Shown: positions 9,991 to 24,667 of the stretch, piece by piece
How positions within the stretch are numbered: the stretch's first letter is position 1
How the letters are laid out: each line of letters starts with the position of its first letter
Origin: an uncultured Granulosicoccaceae bacterium
GTDB lineage: Bacteria; Pseudomonadota; Gammaproteobacteria; Granulosicoccales; Granulosicoccaceae
Direction of reading: 5' to 3'
Assembly (NCBI GenBank): GCA_938035945.1
Contig: CALHOU010000053.1
Location: forward strand, 41,400-105,399
Length of the DNA: 64,000 bases
The notes under the pieces: model-generated
Told to the model about the DNA's origin: nothing
The model's input: the letters and a program-made list of their open reading frames with translations, nothing else
The model's database searches: none
Translations under genes and position numbers: made by a program

Positions 9991-11349
9991 TTATAAGATC
10001 CCACGTTGCGCCATTTGCCGCAATTCATGCATCAAGGATTGGTTTTGATAGCGCTGAGGCGACAAGGCATTGGCGTAGCTCGGCACATCTGAATCCATCA
10101 TTACGCGTGCGCACAAATCCCCGGCTGCGCATGCGGCCATAGTCCCGAAACCGGACATCGCACCTACAACAAAGCTACCTTCAACTTCCATTTCACCTAT
10201 CAAAGGCCAGTTTTCGTCAGTCAATGTATAAAAGCCTCCATAGTGATGTATGCCTGTTGGCATATGATCCACATACGCTTTTAAACTGGGATTTAATCGT
10301 GATGCAGCGCGTAAAACAATTTCGGGAAATTCATCGCTGAGTGGATGCTCACGCGTAGGAACGCTACTTTTACCGTTATAAGCCCAGCCCAGTTTTACCC
10401 AAGTACCTTTATCGCCTCCATCCGGCCGGCAATGAATGGCACCGGACATTTCTTCAGTTAACCAACGGTGCTCGGTAGATTGCAAAAGCTCATGCAATTC
10501 ATCAGTAGACCAATCTATCGTTTGTGCATCAAGATCAATCGAGAATGGCATCTGTCTTGGAATGGCATTGAGCGTATCTTTAAAGGCTATTTTTTGTTGC
10601 GCCGTGTGAGTCACTGGCAGTTGTGTTCCGATCATGTTCGCGATGGAATTAATAAAGGGACCCGCCGCATTAACCAACCGATCAGCAGCAATTTTTGCAT
10701 GTTCAGTATTAACGCTAAACCCATTGTTCGCATCGATATCGTTAACATGCGCTTGTAAGTGAATGCCACCGAGTGACTTAAACACTTGCAACATGTGTTG
10801 ACCCATTTGTTGTGCGCTGATCGCACCCGCTCGCCTTACATGAATAACAGTGGATATATCTTTTGCGTAAGACGGAAACGTATTTTGGATGAGCTGAGAG
10901 TTTCGAATTACATCCACGCCTGCCGGTGCACTTTGCCAATCCGGACTAATCGGTGGTTCATAAGATGCAGATGACGCGTGTTCATGCACGCGAATAGCCC
11001 CGTCATTTTTTGAATAACCGTGCACCAACTCACGCATTAACTGATCGATATTGTCTGCACGAGTCGATAACACATACCCGCGTCTGTTCATATTGATGAG
11101 GTTATCGGTTTCGCGGGCCAGGGCTTCCATAAGATCGATACTACGATCTGTGAAGGCGGTCATAACTGGATGCGGCCACCAGTTTCGATAATTTTCACCC
11201 GATTGAGCGGATGTGAGAGACATGGGTTGCACGCTATCAAGCAGCACAACGGATGTGTTTTTATCGAGATTTTTTAGATAGTAGGCAACGGCGATCCCAA
11301 CAATACCGGCACCAATTATGGCTATGTCGCAGCTGTATGACTTCACCAC
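9991..11349 (-). CDS. FAD-dependent oxidoreductase (DAO/sarcosine oxidase-like)
   Basis: IAIIGAGIVG dinucleotide motif, VNAAGP, GGFYTLTDENWPLIG, SGFGTM. Confidence 0.85.
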   Translation of the reverse strand: MVKSYSCDIAIIGAGIVGIAVAYYLKNLDKNTSVVLLDSVQPMSLTSAQSGENYRNWWPHPVMTAFTDRSIDLMEALARETDNLINMNRRGYVLSTRADNIDQLMRELVHGYSKNDGAIRVHEHASSASYEPPISPDWQSAPAGVDVIRNSQLIQNTFPSYAKDISTVIHVRRAGAISAQQMGQHMLQVFKSLGGIHLQAHVNDIDANNGFSVNTEHAKIAADRLVNAAGPFINSIANMIGTQLPVTHTAQQKIAFKDTLNAIPRQMPFSIDLDAQTIDWSTDELHELLQSTEHRWLTEEMSGAIHCRPDGGDKGTWVKLGWAYNGKSSVPTREHPLSDEFPEIVLRAASRLNPSLKAYVDHMPTGIHHYGGFYTLTDENWPLIGEMEVEGSFVVGAMSGFGTMAACAAGDLCARVMMDSDVPSYANALSPQRYQNQSLMHELRQMAQRGIL

Positions 11350-11361
11350 AACACAACGCGC

Positions 11362-11835
11362 CTATTTTTCCAATAACAAAGCAGTCGCCATCGCTGCGAT
11401 ACCTTCTTCGCGACCACAAAAACCCAACTGCTCAGTGGTGGTAGCTTTGACATTAACGCGGCCAATATCGAGTTTTAAGTCTTCAGCGATCACGCCTTTC
11501 ATAGCGTCGATGTACGGCAACATTTTTGGTGCTTGGGCGATGATGGTCGAATCAATATTGCCAACTTCGAAACCGTGGCCTGCTAACAAGCTGACGGTCT
11601 CACGAAGCAATACTCGGCTATCGATATTTTTGTATTTAGGATCGGTGTCAGGGAAGTGCTTGCCGATATCGCCCAAACCTGCGGCACCGAGTAATGCATC
11701 GGTAATGGCATGCAACAACACATCACCATCTGAATGCGCTTTAAAAGATTTATCAAAAGCGATGGATACGCCACCAATGGTCAGGTGATCACCCTCGGTA
11801 AAAGCGTGAACATCATAACCCTGGCCTATGCGCAT
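11362..11835 (-). CDS. ispF: 2-C-methyl-D-erythritol 2,4-cyclodiphosphate synthase
   Basis: [31 protein letters not shown]. Confidence 0.98.
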   Translation of the reverse strand: MRIGQGYDVHAFTEGDHLTIGGVSIAFDKSFKAHSDGDVLLHAITDALLGAAGLGDIGKHFPDTDPKYKNIDSRVLLRETVSLLAGHGFEVGNIDSTIIAQAPKMLPYIDAMKGVIAEDLKLDIGRVNVKATTTEQLGFCGREEGIAAMATALLLEK

Positions 11836-11886
11836 GCGAAATCCGTCATTTAATTAGGTTCTAATATTGCTAAATTAGTGTGGACA

Positions 11887-12639
11887 CTATGCACTACGCT
11901 CGGCAAATTCAACCAAGGCCAAGGCCATATCCAAATCACGCGATTGGGTGATTTTAAAGTTTGGCTGCAAAGCCTCAACCAGAATCGGCCTATGTCCGGC
12001 ACTTTCCATTGCACAGGCTTCATCGGTGATATCACCGCGTTCTATCGCCTCTTTGTTTTTGACCAAGGTATCACGCAGCAATTTTGCTCTGAACAGTTGT
12101 GGTGTTTGCGCTTGCCACAAGCCATCACGACTGACCGTTTCTTCAATTGAAGTCCGCAAATTTCCCGCTTGAGTGGAAGAAGCTTTTTCACGCTTTAATG
12201 TGTCTTGCACCTTGGTTGCCAACAAGCCCCCTTGTTCAGGCACTGCCAGGACTTGTTCTATAAGCCGAACAATATCGGACTTAGCAGTCAGGGCGCGAGC
12301 AGCGTCGTGCACTAAAACCATGGCGTTATCCTGCGCAACTTTTTCGCACACGACATCCAGACCCGCAATCACTGATGATGCTCGGCTATCCCCGCCAGTA
12401 GCGGTGAAGACTTTCGGGTGTTTACTTGCGGCTAGTCGCTGCCACAGTTGGTCATCTTTTGCCAAAGACACAACAATGCCTTTGATATTTGGCACATCAA
12501 GTAAGGTGTCGATGGTGCGTTGTAAAATACAACGATCATTTAAAAGCAGGTATTGTTTTGGAAATGCCGAGGGTAAACGCGAGCCGCTGCCAGCAGCTGG
12601 AACCACTGCCCACAGTTCATGATCGGTGGCCTTACTCAT
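11887..12639 (-). CDS. ispD: 2-C-methyl-D-erythritol 4-phosphate cytidylyltransferase
   Basis: PAAGSGSR, PKQY, VHDAAR, AQTPQ.F, N.KIT; located between ftsB and ispF. Confidence 0.97.
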   Translation of the reverse strand: MSKATDHELWAVVPAAGSGSRLPSAFPKQYLLLNDRCILQRTIDTLLDVPNIKGIVVSLAKDDQLWQRLAASKHPKVFTATGGDSRASSVIAGLDVVCEKVAQDNAMVLVHDAARALTAKSDIVRLIEQVLAVPEQGGLLATKVQDTLKREKASSTQAGNLRTSIEETVSRDGLWQAQTPQLFRAKLLRDTLVKNKEAIERGDITDEACAMESAGHRPILVEALQPNFKITQSRDLDMALALVEFAERSA

Positions 12640-13006
12640 TGGCCGGTGCCGTACCGCTGCGATCGATCAGTTTGCGCCCGTCCTCTAACTCTGTTTGCGG
12701 TAATTCAAGCGTACGCACCGTTGTGTCACCCCGATTTTCACGCACAAATTGATAAAACGTTTCTTCAGAATCGATCATGCCCAATTCTGATCTGGCTCGC
12801 TCTTCTATGGCATCCAGTCCACTTTTTAAATCCGCGACTTCAGCCTCTAAAGCTTGATTGCGACTGCGCAGTCGCAGCAACTCAGCTTGGGCTTGCCTAC
12901 TTTCTTGGTTAAGACGAAACACTTCTTGCGCGCTGCCCTCGCCAAACCATAAGCGGTATTGCAACGCTACTAGCATAACAACCAATACGGCAAGCAATAC
13001 TTTCAT
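12632..13006 (-). CDS. ftsB: Cell division protein FtsB
   Basis: TM then LQYRLWFG.G, coiled coil, EERAR.ELGMI; eno-ftsB-ispD synteny. Confidence 0.96.
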   Translation of the reverse strand: MKVLLAVLVVMLVALQYRLWFGEGSAQEVFRLNQESRQAQAELLRLRSRNQALEAEVADLKSGLDAIEERARSELGMIDSEETFYQFVRENRGDTTVRTLELPQTELEDGRKLIDRSGTAPANE

Positions 13007-13068
13007 CGCCTATCAGATCTCTTCACTAAAACCAAAGTCAATCTCAACATCAAAATACCACGTCAAAA

Positions 13069-14364
<1,296 letters not shown>

Positions 14365-15204
14365 TTAGTTTGAGTACCGGCTTTCAGCGAAAGGGTGTTT
14401 TTTAACTGTAGTATCGATATCGACCAATGTGACTAACAATTCTTCCAGCTCTTGCAATGGCCAGGCGTTCGGACCATCACACAATGCATTAGCGGGGTCT
14501 GGATGAGTCTCCATAAATAATCCCGAAATGCCAGCTGCCACAGCCGCGCGAGCCAACACCGGAACAAATTCACGTTGACCACCACTGGATGTGCCTTGAC
14601 CACCGGGTAATTGAACCGAATGTGTGGCATCAAACACAACCGGCTGATTGGTTGCGCGCATGATCGCAAGCCCACGCATGTCGGATACTAGATTGTTGTA
14701 ACCAAACGAGGCACCCCGTTCGCACAACATAACATCGGTATTACCAACGGCGGCCATTTTGTCCACTACATTCTGCATATCGGCCGGCGCCATGAACTGT
14801 CCTTTTTTGGCGTTCACAGGTTTACCCGCTTTTGCTACACGCTGCATAAAATTAGTTTGCCGACTTAAAAACGACGGTGTTTGCAACACATCAACCACAT
14901 CCGCCACTTCGTCGATGGGGGTGTCTTCATGCACATCGGTTATAACCGGCACACCAACTTCATCACGCACTTTTTGCAGTATGCGTAAACCTTCAGCCAA
15001 GCCCAAACCACGAAAACTGTTTTGCGATGTGCGATTGGCTTTATCAAACGAAGATTTATAAATAAAGTTAATACCGACTCTTTCGGTTATCGCTTTCAGA
15101 TCGGTTGCGGTTTGCATCGCAAGTTCTTCAGACTCGATAACACAAGGTCCGGCAATTAAAAATACCGGTTGATCCAAACCTACTTCAAAACCACATAGTT
15201 GCAT
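14365..15204 (-). CDS. kdsA: KDO8P synthase (metal-dependent type, IAGPC)
   Basis: [36 protein letters not shown]. Confidence 0.98.
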   Translation of the reverse strand: MQLCGFEVGLDQPVFLIAGPCVIESEELAMQTATDLKAITERVGINFIYKSSFDKANRTSQNSFRGLGLAEGLRILQKVRDEVGVPVITDVHEDTPIDEVADVVDVLQTPSFLSRQTNFMQRVAKAGKPVNAKKGQFMAPADMQNVVDKMAAVGNTDVMLCERGASFGYNNLVSDMRGLAIMRATNQPVVFDATHSVQLPGGQGTSSGGQREFVPVLARAAVAAGISGLFMETHPDPANALCDGPNAWPLQELEELLVTLVDIDTTVKKHPFAESRYSN

Positions 15205-15207
15205 AGC

Positions 15208-16911
<1,704 letters not shown>

Positions 16912-17029
16912 TCAGCACACAATATAATCCAGCAAACAATATACTGAAATTATGGTTGACACGTTGCTACTGAGAAGCCAACTTTTTCGGCTGGCGCGTT
17001 AGGCATTTATGCGCCTAGAATGGACGTAA

Positions 17030-17058
17030 AGTTTACCAGATTTGCCAGTGACGGACAA
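17030..17058 (-). promoter_or_regulatory. Putative sigma70 promoter for pyrG-kdsA-eno
   Basis: Minus strand TTGTCC-17 nt-TAAACT with extended TG (TGGTAAACT), about 140 nt upstream of the pyrG start. Confidence 0.55.
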
Positions 17059-17072
17059 TTGCCGCACCGGCC

Positions 17073-18365
17073 TTAAGCTAGTTCCGCATCGGCCTTGAAA
17101 TCGACCGCAACAACCACGTTCCATATGGCTGCCAGGCGTCCGTTGACATATAGCAACGGAACAGAATCTCGTTGCCATGGTGGCACTGCGGCTTCTTGTA
17201 ACACTTTTTTAACCGCCTTATGGAAAGCTGGTTCACCAAGCTTGATCAGTTCCCCACCAACTCGGCTGCGCACAGTGATCGAACCTTGATCAGGTAATTG
17301 AAAACCCTGTTGCAAACAATCTTCTTTGGATAGTAACTGCCCGGTCGCACCAATCAGTAAGTCGTCGAAAGGTGCCTCCCATTCCAGAGAAAAAGGCTCG
17401 TTCGCCACAGACTCTAACACCAAAAAAAGCTTATCGCGATGGCGTCGAAACTCGTATTCGCGCACATTCACAACACCAACCGAATCTTCTCGCGCATCGA
17501 GCAAATCGGACACGACTTGGCGCAAATCCTGTAAACGCGGCATGCGTAATCCCGCCTGACGCACCCAAAGCCGAATCGCCCCATACACCCGCTCACGCGG
17601 CAAGGTTTTTAAGGCGACGATGCTCAGCTCATTTGAGCCTCGCACTCGCACCACATCCAGGTCTTCCAAGGCCACATCGTGCAGGGTCTGGCACGCAGCG
17701 GCGCTGCGCATAGCCGAACGACTCAAGGTTTTGGTAGCACCTGGCCAACGTGTACGCAACAAAGGCAACACTTCAGAGCGAATAAAATTGCGATCATATC
17801 GAGTGTCTGCATTGCTTGGGTCGTCAATCCAACTCAAGGCGTTGGTTTGCGCATAGTCGGCTAAATCTTGCTGGGCACAAAGCAGTAACGGGCGCACCAT
17901 AAAACCTGTGCCAAAAGTGCGCTTGCGTGGGATCGAGGACAGGCCGTCCGGACCACTACCACGTAGGGCTTGAAGTAGAAACGTTTCAGCTTGATCGTCG
18001 GCATGTTGCGCCAACATCAACTGTTCGCCTGGTTCTAACACGTTCGAAAACGCTTCATAACGTGCCAATCTGGCACCGGCTTCCGGACCTTCGAATTGTT
18101 CATCAACAACAACACGACGAACAACCAAGGGAATGTTTAACCCATCACAAACAAATTCAGCATGCCGGACCCAGTGTTCACTGTCGACATGTAAACCATG
18201 GTTGATGTGAATCGCACGCAAAGCGATATCGTTGCGTTCGCTTAGGAGTTCAGCTGCGGCGTGGAGCAACACGTGCGAATCCATGCCCGCGCTGTAAGCC
18301 ACACAAACTTGAGTAATACCTGATTGTGAAGCCAGGTATTGCGCAAGCGCTTCCGTCGGATTCAT
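17073..18365 (-). CDS. tilS: tRNA(Ile)-lysidine synthetase
   Basis: PP-loop SAGMDS, HINHGL, H.DDQAET, RPLL, DPSN...RN.IR; downstream of accA. Confidence 0.96.
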   Translation of the reverse strand: MNPTEALAQYLASQSGITQVCVAYSAGMDSHVLLHAAAELLSERNDIALRAIHINHGLHVDSEHWVRHAEFVCDGLNIPLVVRRVVVDEQFEGPEAGARLARYEAFSNVLEPGEQLMLAQHADDQAETFLLQALRGSGPDGLSSIPRKRTFGTGFMVRPLLLCAQQDLADYAQTNALSWIDDPSNADTRYDRNFIRSEVLPLLRTRWPGATKTLSRSAMRSAAACQTLHDVALEDLDVVRVRGSNELSIVALKTLPRERVYGAIRLWVRQAGLRMPRLQDLRQVVSDLLDAREDSVGVVNVREYEFRRHRDKLFLVLESVANEPFSLEWEAPFDDLLIGATGQLLSKEDCLQQGFQLPDQGSITVRSRVGGELIKLGEPAFHKAVKKVLQEAAVPPWQRDSVPLLYVNGRLAAIWNVVVAVDFKADAELA

Positions 18366-19324
18366 TAACCTTCCTTATACTGACCGTATGCTCGTAGTTT
18401 TTCCGCCCGAGCTGACAATAGTGCATCTGTGGGTAAGCCGCTCAAACGTGCAAGCTCCTCGACTAATACTGATTTTAATGATTCAGCAATGGCGTCAGGG
18501 TCGCGATGTGCGCCACCCAAGGGTTCAGGGATAACTCGATCAACCAGACCCAGTTCAAGCAATCGTTCGGATGTGACACCCATGGCTTCCGCTGCATCGG
18601 CTGCCCTGTCGGCACTTTTATAAAGTATAGACGCACATCCTTCAGGGCTGATAACCGAGTAAATGCTGTATTGCAGCATCATGACTTGATCACCAATACC
18701 AATTGCCAACGCACCACCAGAACCACCTTCACCAATGACAGTACAAATGATAGGCGTTTTTAAATCAGCCATCACAAATAAATTTCGGGCAATCGCTTCA
18801 CTTTGACCACGCTCTTCTGCGCCAACACCGGGATAGGCACCAGGGGTGTCGATGAAGGTGATGACAGGCAACTGGAAACGCTCAGCCAATTCCATCAAGC
18901 GTTTGGCTTTTCGATAACCTTCTGGTCGAGGCATACCAAAATTATGGTGAATCTTTTCTTTAGTGTCTCGCCCTTTTTCGTGACCGATAACCACAACCGG
19001 CTTTCCGTTAAGCCTTGCCAGACCACCGATGATGGCCGAATCGTCGCCATACAAACGATCGCCATGCAATTCATCAAAATCGGTGAACACCGAATCGATG
19101 TAGTGCCGGGTATAGGGGCGTTGTGGGTGACGGGCCAACTGGGTAACTTGCCAGGATGAGAGCTTGGCGAAAATAGTCTGCGTTAACGAATCGCACTTTT
19201 TTTCGAGCCGCTCAATTTCTTCACTGATGTTGATATCAGCGCCATCTGAGGCAAACTGGAGCTCCCGAATCTTTGCTTCTAGTTCAGCAATCGGTTGTTC
19301 GAAGTCAAGAAAATTCGGATTCAT
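18365..19324 (-). CDS. accA: Acetyl-CoA carboxylase carboxyltransferase alpha
   Basis: [31 protein letters not shown]. Confidence 0.99.
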   Translation of the reverse strand: MNPNFLDFEQPIAELEAKIRELQFASDGADINISEEIERLEKKCDSLTQTIFAKLSSWQVTQLARHPQRPYTRHYIDSVFTDFDELHGDRLYGDDSAIIGGLARLNGKPVVVIGHEKGRDTKEKIHHNFGMPRPEGYRKAKRLMELAERFQLPVITFIDTPGAYPGVGAEERGQSEAIARNLFVMADLKTPIICTVIGEGGSGGALAIGIGDQVMMLQYSIYSVISPEGCASILYKSADRAADAAEAMGVTSERLLELGLVDRVIPEPLGGAHRDPDAIAESLKSVLVEELARLSGLPTDALLSARAEKLRAYGQYKEG

Positions 19325-19483
19325 TTACTAGGACTACGCCTGCGGTTCGCTTTTTATCGCTATTCTACCGCAGGCAGCAAGGATTCAGGCAAATTCAATC
19401 TCACACTGCCATGTAATTGGCGACTTTTGGGGCGGACAAAACTGCGCCAGATTCACGCAGTTGGCTGATTTTTGCCCAATCGC

Positions 19484-22400
19484 CTAGTAGACCAGTTCGA
19501 CACTGCCCTCGCCGGCAATTTGATTTAAATTAACCAGCAACTCACTTTGCGGATTCACCCACCACAGCTGCCCTGCCTGGATTCGTGCGCTTGCATGACC
19601 ATTGTTGTAGTCAAAGCACACAGGCGTGGAACCACTTTTAAAATTCTCAAGCGTTGCCACCAATTCGGCCAAACCATCTTGCTGCAGTTGATCTTGCTTT
19701 AAGTTAATCACCAGTCGTCGAGCGAAACGCGAGCGAGCCTGGGTTAAATCGTAGATTTCTCGGGCACGAATTTTATAGCCGCCATTAAAGTCATCAGGGC
19801 TGACATCACCATCTACTACCAGCACTTCATCTTTGACAATCATGTGCGCGCTGTTATCGATAAGCTCACCACTCAAACTCACTTCAACCCGGCCGGTTTT
19901 ATCATCGAGTGTGACAAACGCCATTTTGCGCCCTTGTATATCGCGAAAGCGCACGGCCATAACCAGACCGGCCGCAATTACTGGCACACCTTTTTGCCGA
20001 TAGCTGGGCATGTTGTCCGAGGGTGAGGCTTTAGAGCAAATGATTTTTAAATTGCCGTGGGTAAACTTTTCAAGCTCGGCTTTAAACTCGTTGATGGGGT
20101 GCCCGCTTAAATACAAGCCCAGCGTGTCTTTCTCCGCAGCCAAGCGTTCGCGGTCGGTCCAATCTGGTTTTAGCGGCATCGGCACAGCGCTGGTTTGCTC
20201 GTCACTTGCGTCCGGTGCGTCTAAACCAAACAAATCATTTTGTCCCGCCGCAGCATCTCTGTGCATTTGATCAGCACCATGCAATGCATCGCCCAAGTGC
20301 GCCATTAACGATGCACGATTAGGCCCTAGCTCATCTGCAGCACCTGATTTTATCAGCGCCTCAAGTACGCGCTTATTGACACTGCCAGGATCTGCACGTC
20401 GACACAGGTCATCCAGATCAGTGAAACCGCCATTGTTATCACGTTCAATTAACACATTGGCCAATGCCGCCTCACCCACACCTTTGATTGCACCCAAGCC
20501 ATAGACAACCGTTTTCTCGTCTAGCACCGAAAAGCGAACGGCCGAGTGATTAACACTTGGCGAGTTAACCGTCAGGCCCATTGACTGACACTCTTCGATA
20601 AGCACGACAACCTTATCAGTGTTATCCATATCAGCAGAGAGTACGGCTGCCATAAACGCAGCTGGGTGATGACACTTTAGCCAGGCCGTTTGATAGGACA
20701 ACAAGGCATAGGCGGCAGAGTGTGATTTGTTAAATCCGTAGCCCGCAAACTTTTCTACGAGATCAAAAATGTTACCGGCTAAATCTTTATCGATTTCATT
20801 TTCGGCACAGCCTTCTAAAAAGCCTGCACGCTGCTTGGCCATTTCCTCGGCCTTTTTCTTACCCATTGCACGGCGTAGTATGTCTGCCGCGCCCAATGAG
20901 AAGCCACCCATGACCTGCGCAATTTGAATAACTTGCTCTTGATACAAAATAACGCCATAGGTGGGCTCTAAAACAGGTTGCAAAATATCCAGCTGATAAT
21001 CTTCGTGCGGCCAGGAAATTTGTTTACGACCATGTTTACGATCGATAAAGTCATCTACCATGCCCGATTGCAACGGACCCGGCCGATACAAGGCAACAAG
21101 GGCGATGATGTCTTCAAAGTTATCCGGTTGAAGCCGCTCAATAAGACGCTTCATGCCGTTGGATTCGAGTTGAAATACAGCGGTGGTTTGGGCTTTTTGT
21201 AATAGCTTATAGGTTGGCTCATCGTCGAGCGGCAAGGCGAGTAAATCCAGCGGAGCCTCGAGCTGCTTATTAATTTCTTTTACAGCATTGTCAATGATGG
21301 TAAGTGTGCGCAAACCCAGGAAGTCAAACTTAACCAAGCCAACCGCTTCTGCATCGTCCTTATCAAATTGCGTTACCAATGAACTACCATCGGCCTCACA
21401 ATATAACGGCGTAAAATCGGTTAGGGCAGTTGGTGCGATAACCACACCACCGGCGTGCTTACCTGCGTTTCTTGCAAGCCCTTCCAAGGCCAAAGCCATA
21501 TCCAACAAAGCCGTGACTTCTTCATCTTCGCGATAAGCCCGCGCCAGATCTTCAGATTCTTCCAACGCTTTGGTCAGGGTCATGCCGACTTCGAACGGCA
21601 CCATTTTGGCGATGCGATCAACAAAACCATAGGGGTGACTCATCACTCGCCCGACATCGCGCACCACTGCTTTGGCTGCCATGGTGCCATAGGTGATGAT
21701 TTGCGATACACGGTGCGCGCCATAGGTTTGTGATACGTATTGGATAACCTGATCTCGACCATCCATGCAAAAGTCGATATCAAAATCGGGCATGGATACA
21801 CGTTCAGGATTCAAGAAACGCTCGAAAAGTAAATCGTATTCGAGCGGGTCAAGATCAGTGATCTTTAACGCATAGGCAACCAGCGAACCTGCACCCGATC
21901 CTCGACCAGGACCGACGGGAATAGCGTTATCGCGTGACCATCTAATAAAGTCGGCAACGATCAAGAAGTAACCGGGGAACTCCATCTGCGTTATAACGTC
22001 AAGCTCTTGTTGCAGCCGTTCGTCATAAGCGATACGTGTTTGCGCAAAATCGTCAGCGTTAACATCGTAGAGTTGTCGCAGCCGCTCTTCAAGACCCTCT
22101 GCCGAGAGTTGGCGAAAGTACTCCGACTCCGTCATGCCTTGTGGAATGGGATAGTCGGGCAGCACCGGCTTACCCAGCGATAGTTGCACGTTGCAGCGCT
22201 TGGCAATTTCAACTGAATTTTCTAACGCGGCCGGTATGTCTTCAAACAAAGAACACATTTGCTCTTCGGTTTTCAGATACTGATACTCACTAATCTTTTT
22301 CGGCCGCGTTGGGTCGGCCAACACATAGCCCGACTGAATACATTCGCGTGCTTCGTGCGCAGCAAAATCATCTTTATCAATAAAGCGCACATCGTTGGTC

Positions 22401-23002
22401 GCAACAACGGGAATGGCTAAATCAGATGCGATTGCACAGGCGCCACGAATATAGGCTTGTTCGCCAGCACGATCAGTTCGTGTAAGCTCCAGGTAATAGC
22501 GATCGCCGAACAGATTTTTCCAGCCTTGGGCAATTTCTCGCGCTCGTTCTTCTTGACCACGTTGTAAGGCATCAGCGACATCGCTTTCAATACCGCCTGA
22601 AAGCATGATGATGCCATCGCAACTATCGTCCATCCATTCACGCTGAATAACTGGCGTACCTGAGTGCTGTCCTTCTTGGTAACTGCGTGAAACCAAGCGC
22701 GTTACGTTGCCGTAGCCAATGTCGTTTTGCACCAACAATATTGCGCGGAAGACTTTGTCTTTGGTTGGGTCAGCTTGGATGCGAACGTCCACACCGGCAA
22801 TAGGCTTGATGCCACCAGAAAGGGCCGCGCGATAAAACTTAACCAAGGAAAACAAGTTGGCACGATCAGTCACAGCAACCGCGCTCATGCTCTCTGCGGC
22901 TTTGGCAACCAAGGGTTTGATGCGCACGGTACTGTCGATTAACGAGAATTCCGTGTGAACGCTTAGATGTACGAAACGTGGATGTACGAATCGTTCACTC
23001 AT
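19484..23002 (-). CDS. dnaE: DNA polymerase III alpha subunit
   Basis: PHP domain [40 protein letters not shown] fold. Confidence 0.99.
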   Translation of the reverse strand: MSERFVHPRFVHLSVHTEFSLIDSTVRIKPLVAKAAESMSAVAVTDRANLFSLVKFYRAALSGGIKPIAGVDVRIQADPTKDKVFRAILLVQNDIGYGNVTRLVSRSYQEGQHSGTPVIQREWMDDSCDGIIMLSGGIESDVADALQRGQEERAREIAQGWKNLFGDRYYLELTRTDRAGEQAYIRGACAIASDLAIPVVATNDVRFIDKDDFAAHEARECIQSGYVLADPTRPKKISEYQYLKTEEQMCSLFEDIPAALENSVEIAKRCNVQLSLGKPVLPDYPIPQGMTESEYFRQLSAEGLEERLRQLYDVNADDFAQTRIAYDERLQQELDVITQMEFPGYFLIVADFIRWSRDNAIPVGPGRGSGAGSLVAYALKITDLDPLEYDLLFERFLNPERVSMPDFDIDFCMDGRDQVIQYVSQTYGAHRVSQIITYGTMAAKAVVRDVGRVMSHPYGFVDRIAKMVPFEVGMTLTKALEESEDLARAYREDEEVTALLDMALALEGLARNAGKHAGGVVIAPTALTDFTPLYCEADGSSLVTQFDKDDAEAVGLVKFDFLGLRTLTIIDNAVKEINKQLEAPLDLLALPLDDEPTYKLLQKAQTTAVFQLESNGMKRLIERLQPDNFEDIIALVALYRPGPLQSGMVDDFIDRKHGRKQISWPHEDYQLDILQPVLEPTYGVILYQEQVIQIAQVMGGFSLGAADILRRAMGKKKAEEMAKQRAGFLEGCAENEIDKDLAGNIFDLVEKFAGYGFNKSHSAAYALLSYQTAWLKCHHPAAFMAAVLSADMDNTDKVVVLIEECQSMGLTVNSPSVNHSAVRFSVLDEKTVVYGLGAIKGVGEAALANVLIERDNNGGFTDLDDLCRRADPGSVNKRVLEALIKSGAADELGPNRASLMAHLGDALHGADQMHRDAAAGQNDLFGLDAPDASDEQTSAVPMPLKPDWTDRERLAAEKDTLGLYLSGHPINEFKAELEKFTHGNLKIICSKASPSDNMPSYRQKGVPVIAAGLVMAVRFRDIQGRKMAFVTLDDKTGRVEVSLSGELIDNSAHMIVKDEVLVVDGDVSPDDFNGGYKIRAREIYDLTQARSRFARRLVINLKQDQLQQDGLAELVATLENFKSGSTPVCFDYNNGHASARIQAGQLWWVNPQSELLVNLNQIAGEGSVELVY

Positions 23003-23622
23003 GCGCTAGTTGTATCTTTTTTGGCCATTAATGCATTTCGAACCGGGGCGAAAGATTGTCGGTGTAAAGACGTCACACCAAACTGCATAATAGCCGCTCG
23101 GTGCTGTGCTGTGGGATAACCCTTGTGCCTGTCAAAGCCAAACTCTGGGTGCTTTTTGTGCAATTCAACCATCTGCCGATCGCGATAGACCTTGGCGATG
23201 ATGGACGCTGCGCTGATCGCTTGGACATGTTGATCACCCTTCACAATAGCTTGGCACGGATAGATCATCTCAGGACAACGATTACCATCCACCAAGACCA
23301 AATTAGGTTCAACCGTCAAGCCTGCAATCGCACGCTGCATGGCCAACATGCTCGCATGCAAAATATTCAATTGATCAATTTCTGACACGGACGCTTCAGC
23401 GATGCAATATGACAGAGCCTGGCGACGAATCAGTTTATCCAGTACCTCTCGCTTGGCCTCATCCAGCAGCTTGGAATCGAGCAAGCCATCGATTGGTTTT
23501 TTTGGGTTCAGTACTACCGCAGCTGCGACCACGGAACCTGCCAGCGGACCACGGCCGACCTCGTCAACACCAGCAATAAGGTGCGGTTTTTTTACGCTAG
23601 ATGCGGTTGTTTTCAATGGCAT
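22999..23622 (-). CDS. rnhB: Ribonuclease HII
   Basis: [34 protein letters not shown]; the ATG at 23622 is preferred because the longer ORF overlaps the divergent gene. Confidence 0.97.
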   Translation of the reverse strand: MPLKTTASSVKKPHLIAGVDEVGRGPLAGSVVAAAVVLNPKKPIDGLLDSKLLDEAKREVLDKLIRRQALSYCIAEASVSEIDQLNILHASMLAMQRAIAGLTVEPNLVLVDGNRCPEMIYPCQAIVKGDQHVQAISAASIIAKVYRDRQMVELHKKHPEFGFDRHKGYPTAQHRAAIMQFGVTSLHRQSFAPVRNALMAKKDTTSA

Positions 23623-23629
23623 GTCGGGC

Positions 23630-23658
23630 AATATACTTTGTCTTGCGCGCCAGCCCAA
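23630..23658 (-). promoter_or_regulatory. Putative sigma70 promoter giving a leaderless rnhB-dnaE transcript
   Basis: Minus strand TTGGGC-17-TATATT-7 nt-ATG(23622); no Shine-Dalgarno in those 7 nt. Confidence 0.45.
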
Positions 23659-23671
23659 GTAAACTAGTGAA

Positions 23672-24667
23672 ATGACACCAAAAGCAACTGCCGAGCGCGG
23701 CGATGACCCGATAAATGTGGGCATAAATGATACAGCCGAGCTACGCATGGCTGTGGTCGGTACAGGCTACTTAGGGCGTTTCCACGCACAAAAATACCAG
23801 CAACTCGAACATTGCGAATTAGTGGCCATATGCGATGTTGACCCAAAGCGCGGCGCACAAATCGCTGATGAACTTTCCACCAAAGCCGTATCCGATCATA
23901 AGGCTTTAATTGGTCAGGTCGATGCTGTGAGCGTGGCATCGCCAACCACCACGCACTATGCGGTGGCGAAAGATTTACTCGCAGCCGGCATTCACGTACT
24001 GGTTGAAAAACCAATGACGGTAACTGTCGCAGAAGCCGAAGAACTTATCGCCATTGCTAAACGCGAAAAATGTGTATTGCAAGTAGGCCATCTTGAACGT
24101 TTTAACCCTGCTCTGTTAGCCGTTGCCGATCAAATAAAATCACCCATCTTTATCGAGTCGAACAGGCTGGCGCCGTTTACGATGCGCGGCAGTGATGTCA
24201 ACGTGGTATTGGATTTAATGATTCACGACATCGACATCATCATGCATCTGGTGGATGCAGAACTCACCGCTATTTACGCCAGCGGCACACCGGTTATTTG
24301 GGACACGATTGATATTGCAAATGCACGACTTGAGTTCTCTAATGGTTGTGTTGCCAACGTAACTGCCAGTCGCGTCAGCGAAAAAGTATTACGTCGAATG
24401 CGCTTTTTTCAAAAAGACACCTACATTGCTGTCGACTTTCAAGACAACGTTTCACGAGTGGCCAAAGTTGATAGAAACAAGCCAGACCACGACGGTATAC
24501 CCGCAATCGATTATCAAAACGATAAGCTCGAGAAAGGGGATGCCATATTGGCTGAAATAGAAGCGTTCGTGCATGCGATTAAAACCGGAACACGGCCCCT
24601 TGTGAGCGGCGAAGATGGTTTGCGTGCACTGAAAACGGCGATTGAGATCGGGCAAAAACTTAACTAA
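23672..24667 (+). CDS. Gfo/Idh/MocA oxidoreductase, GnnA (UDP-GlcNAc 3-dehydrogenase)-like
   Basis: [46 protein letters not shown]; start position uncertain. Confidence 0.85.
   Translation: MTPKATAERGDDPINVGINDTAELRMAVVGTGYLGRFHAQKYQQLEHCELVAICDVDPKRGAQIADELSTKAVSDHKALIGQVDAVSVASPTTTHYAVAKDLLAAGIHVLVEKPMTVTVAEAEELIAIAKREKCVLQVGHLERFNPALLAVADQIKSPIFIESNRLAPFTMRGSDVNVVLDLMIHDIDIIMHLVDAELTAIYASGTPVIWDTIDIANARLEFSNGCVANVTASRVSEKVLRRMRFFQKDTYIAVDFQDNVSRVAKVDRNKPDHDGIPAIDYQNDKLEKGDAILAEIEAFVHAIKTGTRPLVSGEDGLRALKTAIEIGQKLN

Noticed and set aside
23623-23748. 42-aa N-terminal extension of RnhB in the ORF track
   Set aside because: Overlaps the divergent Gfo/Idh/MocA gene; the ATG at 23622 gives a normal length
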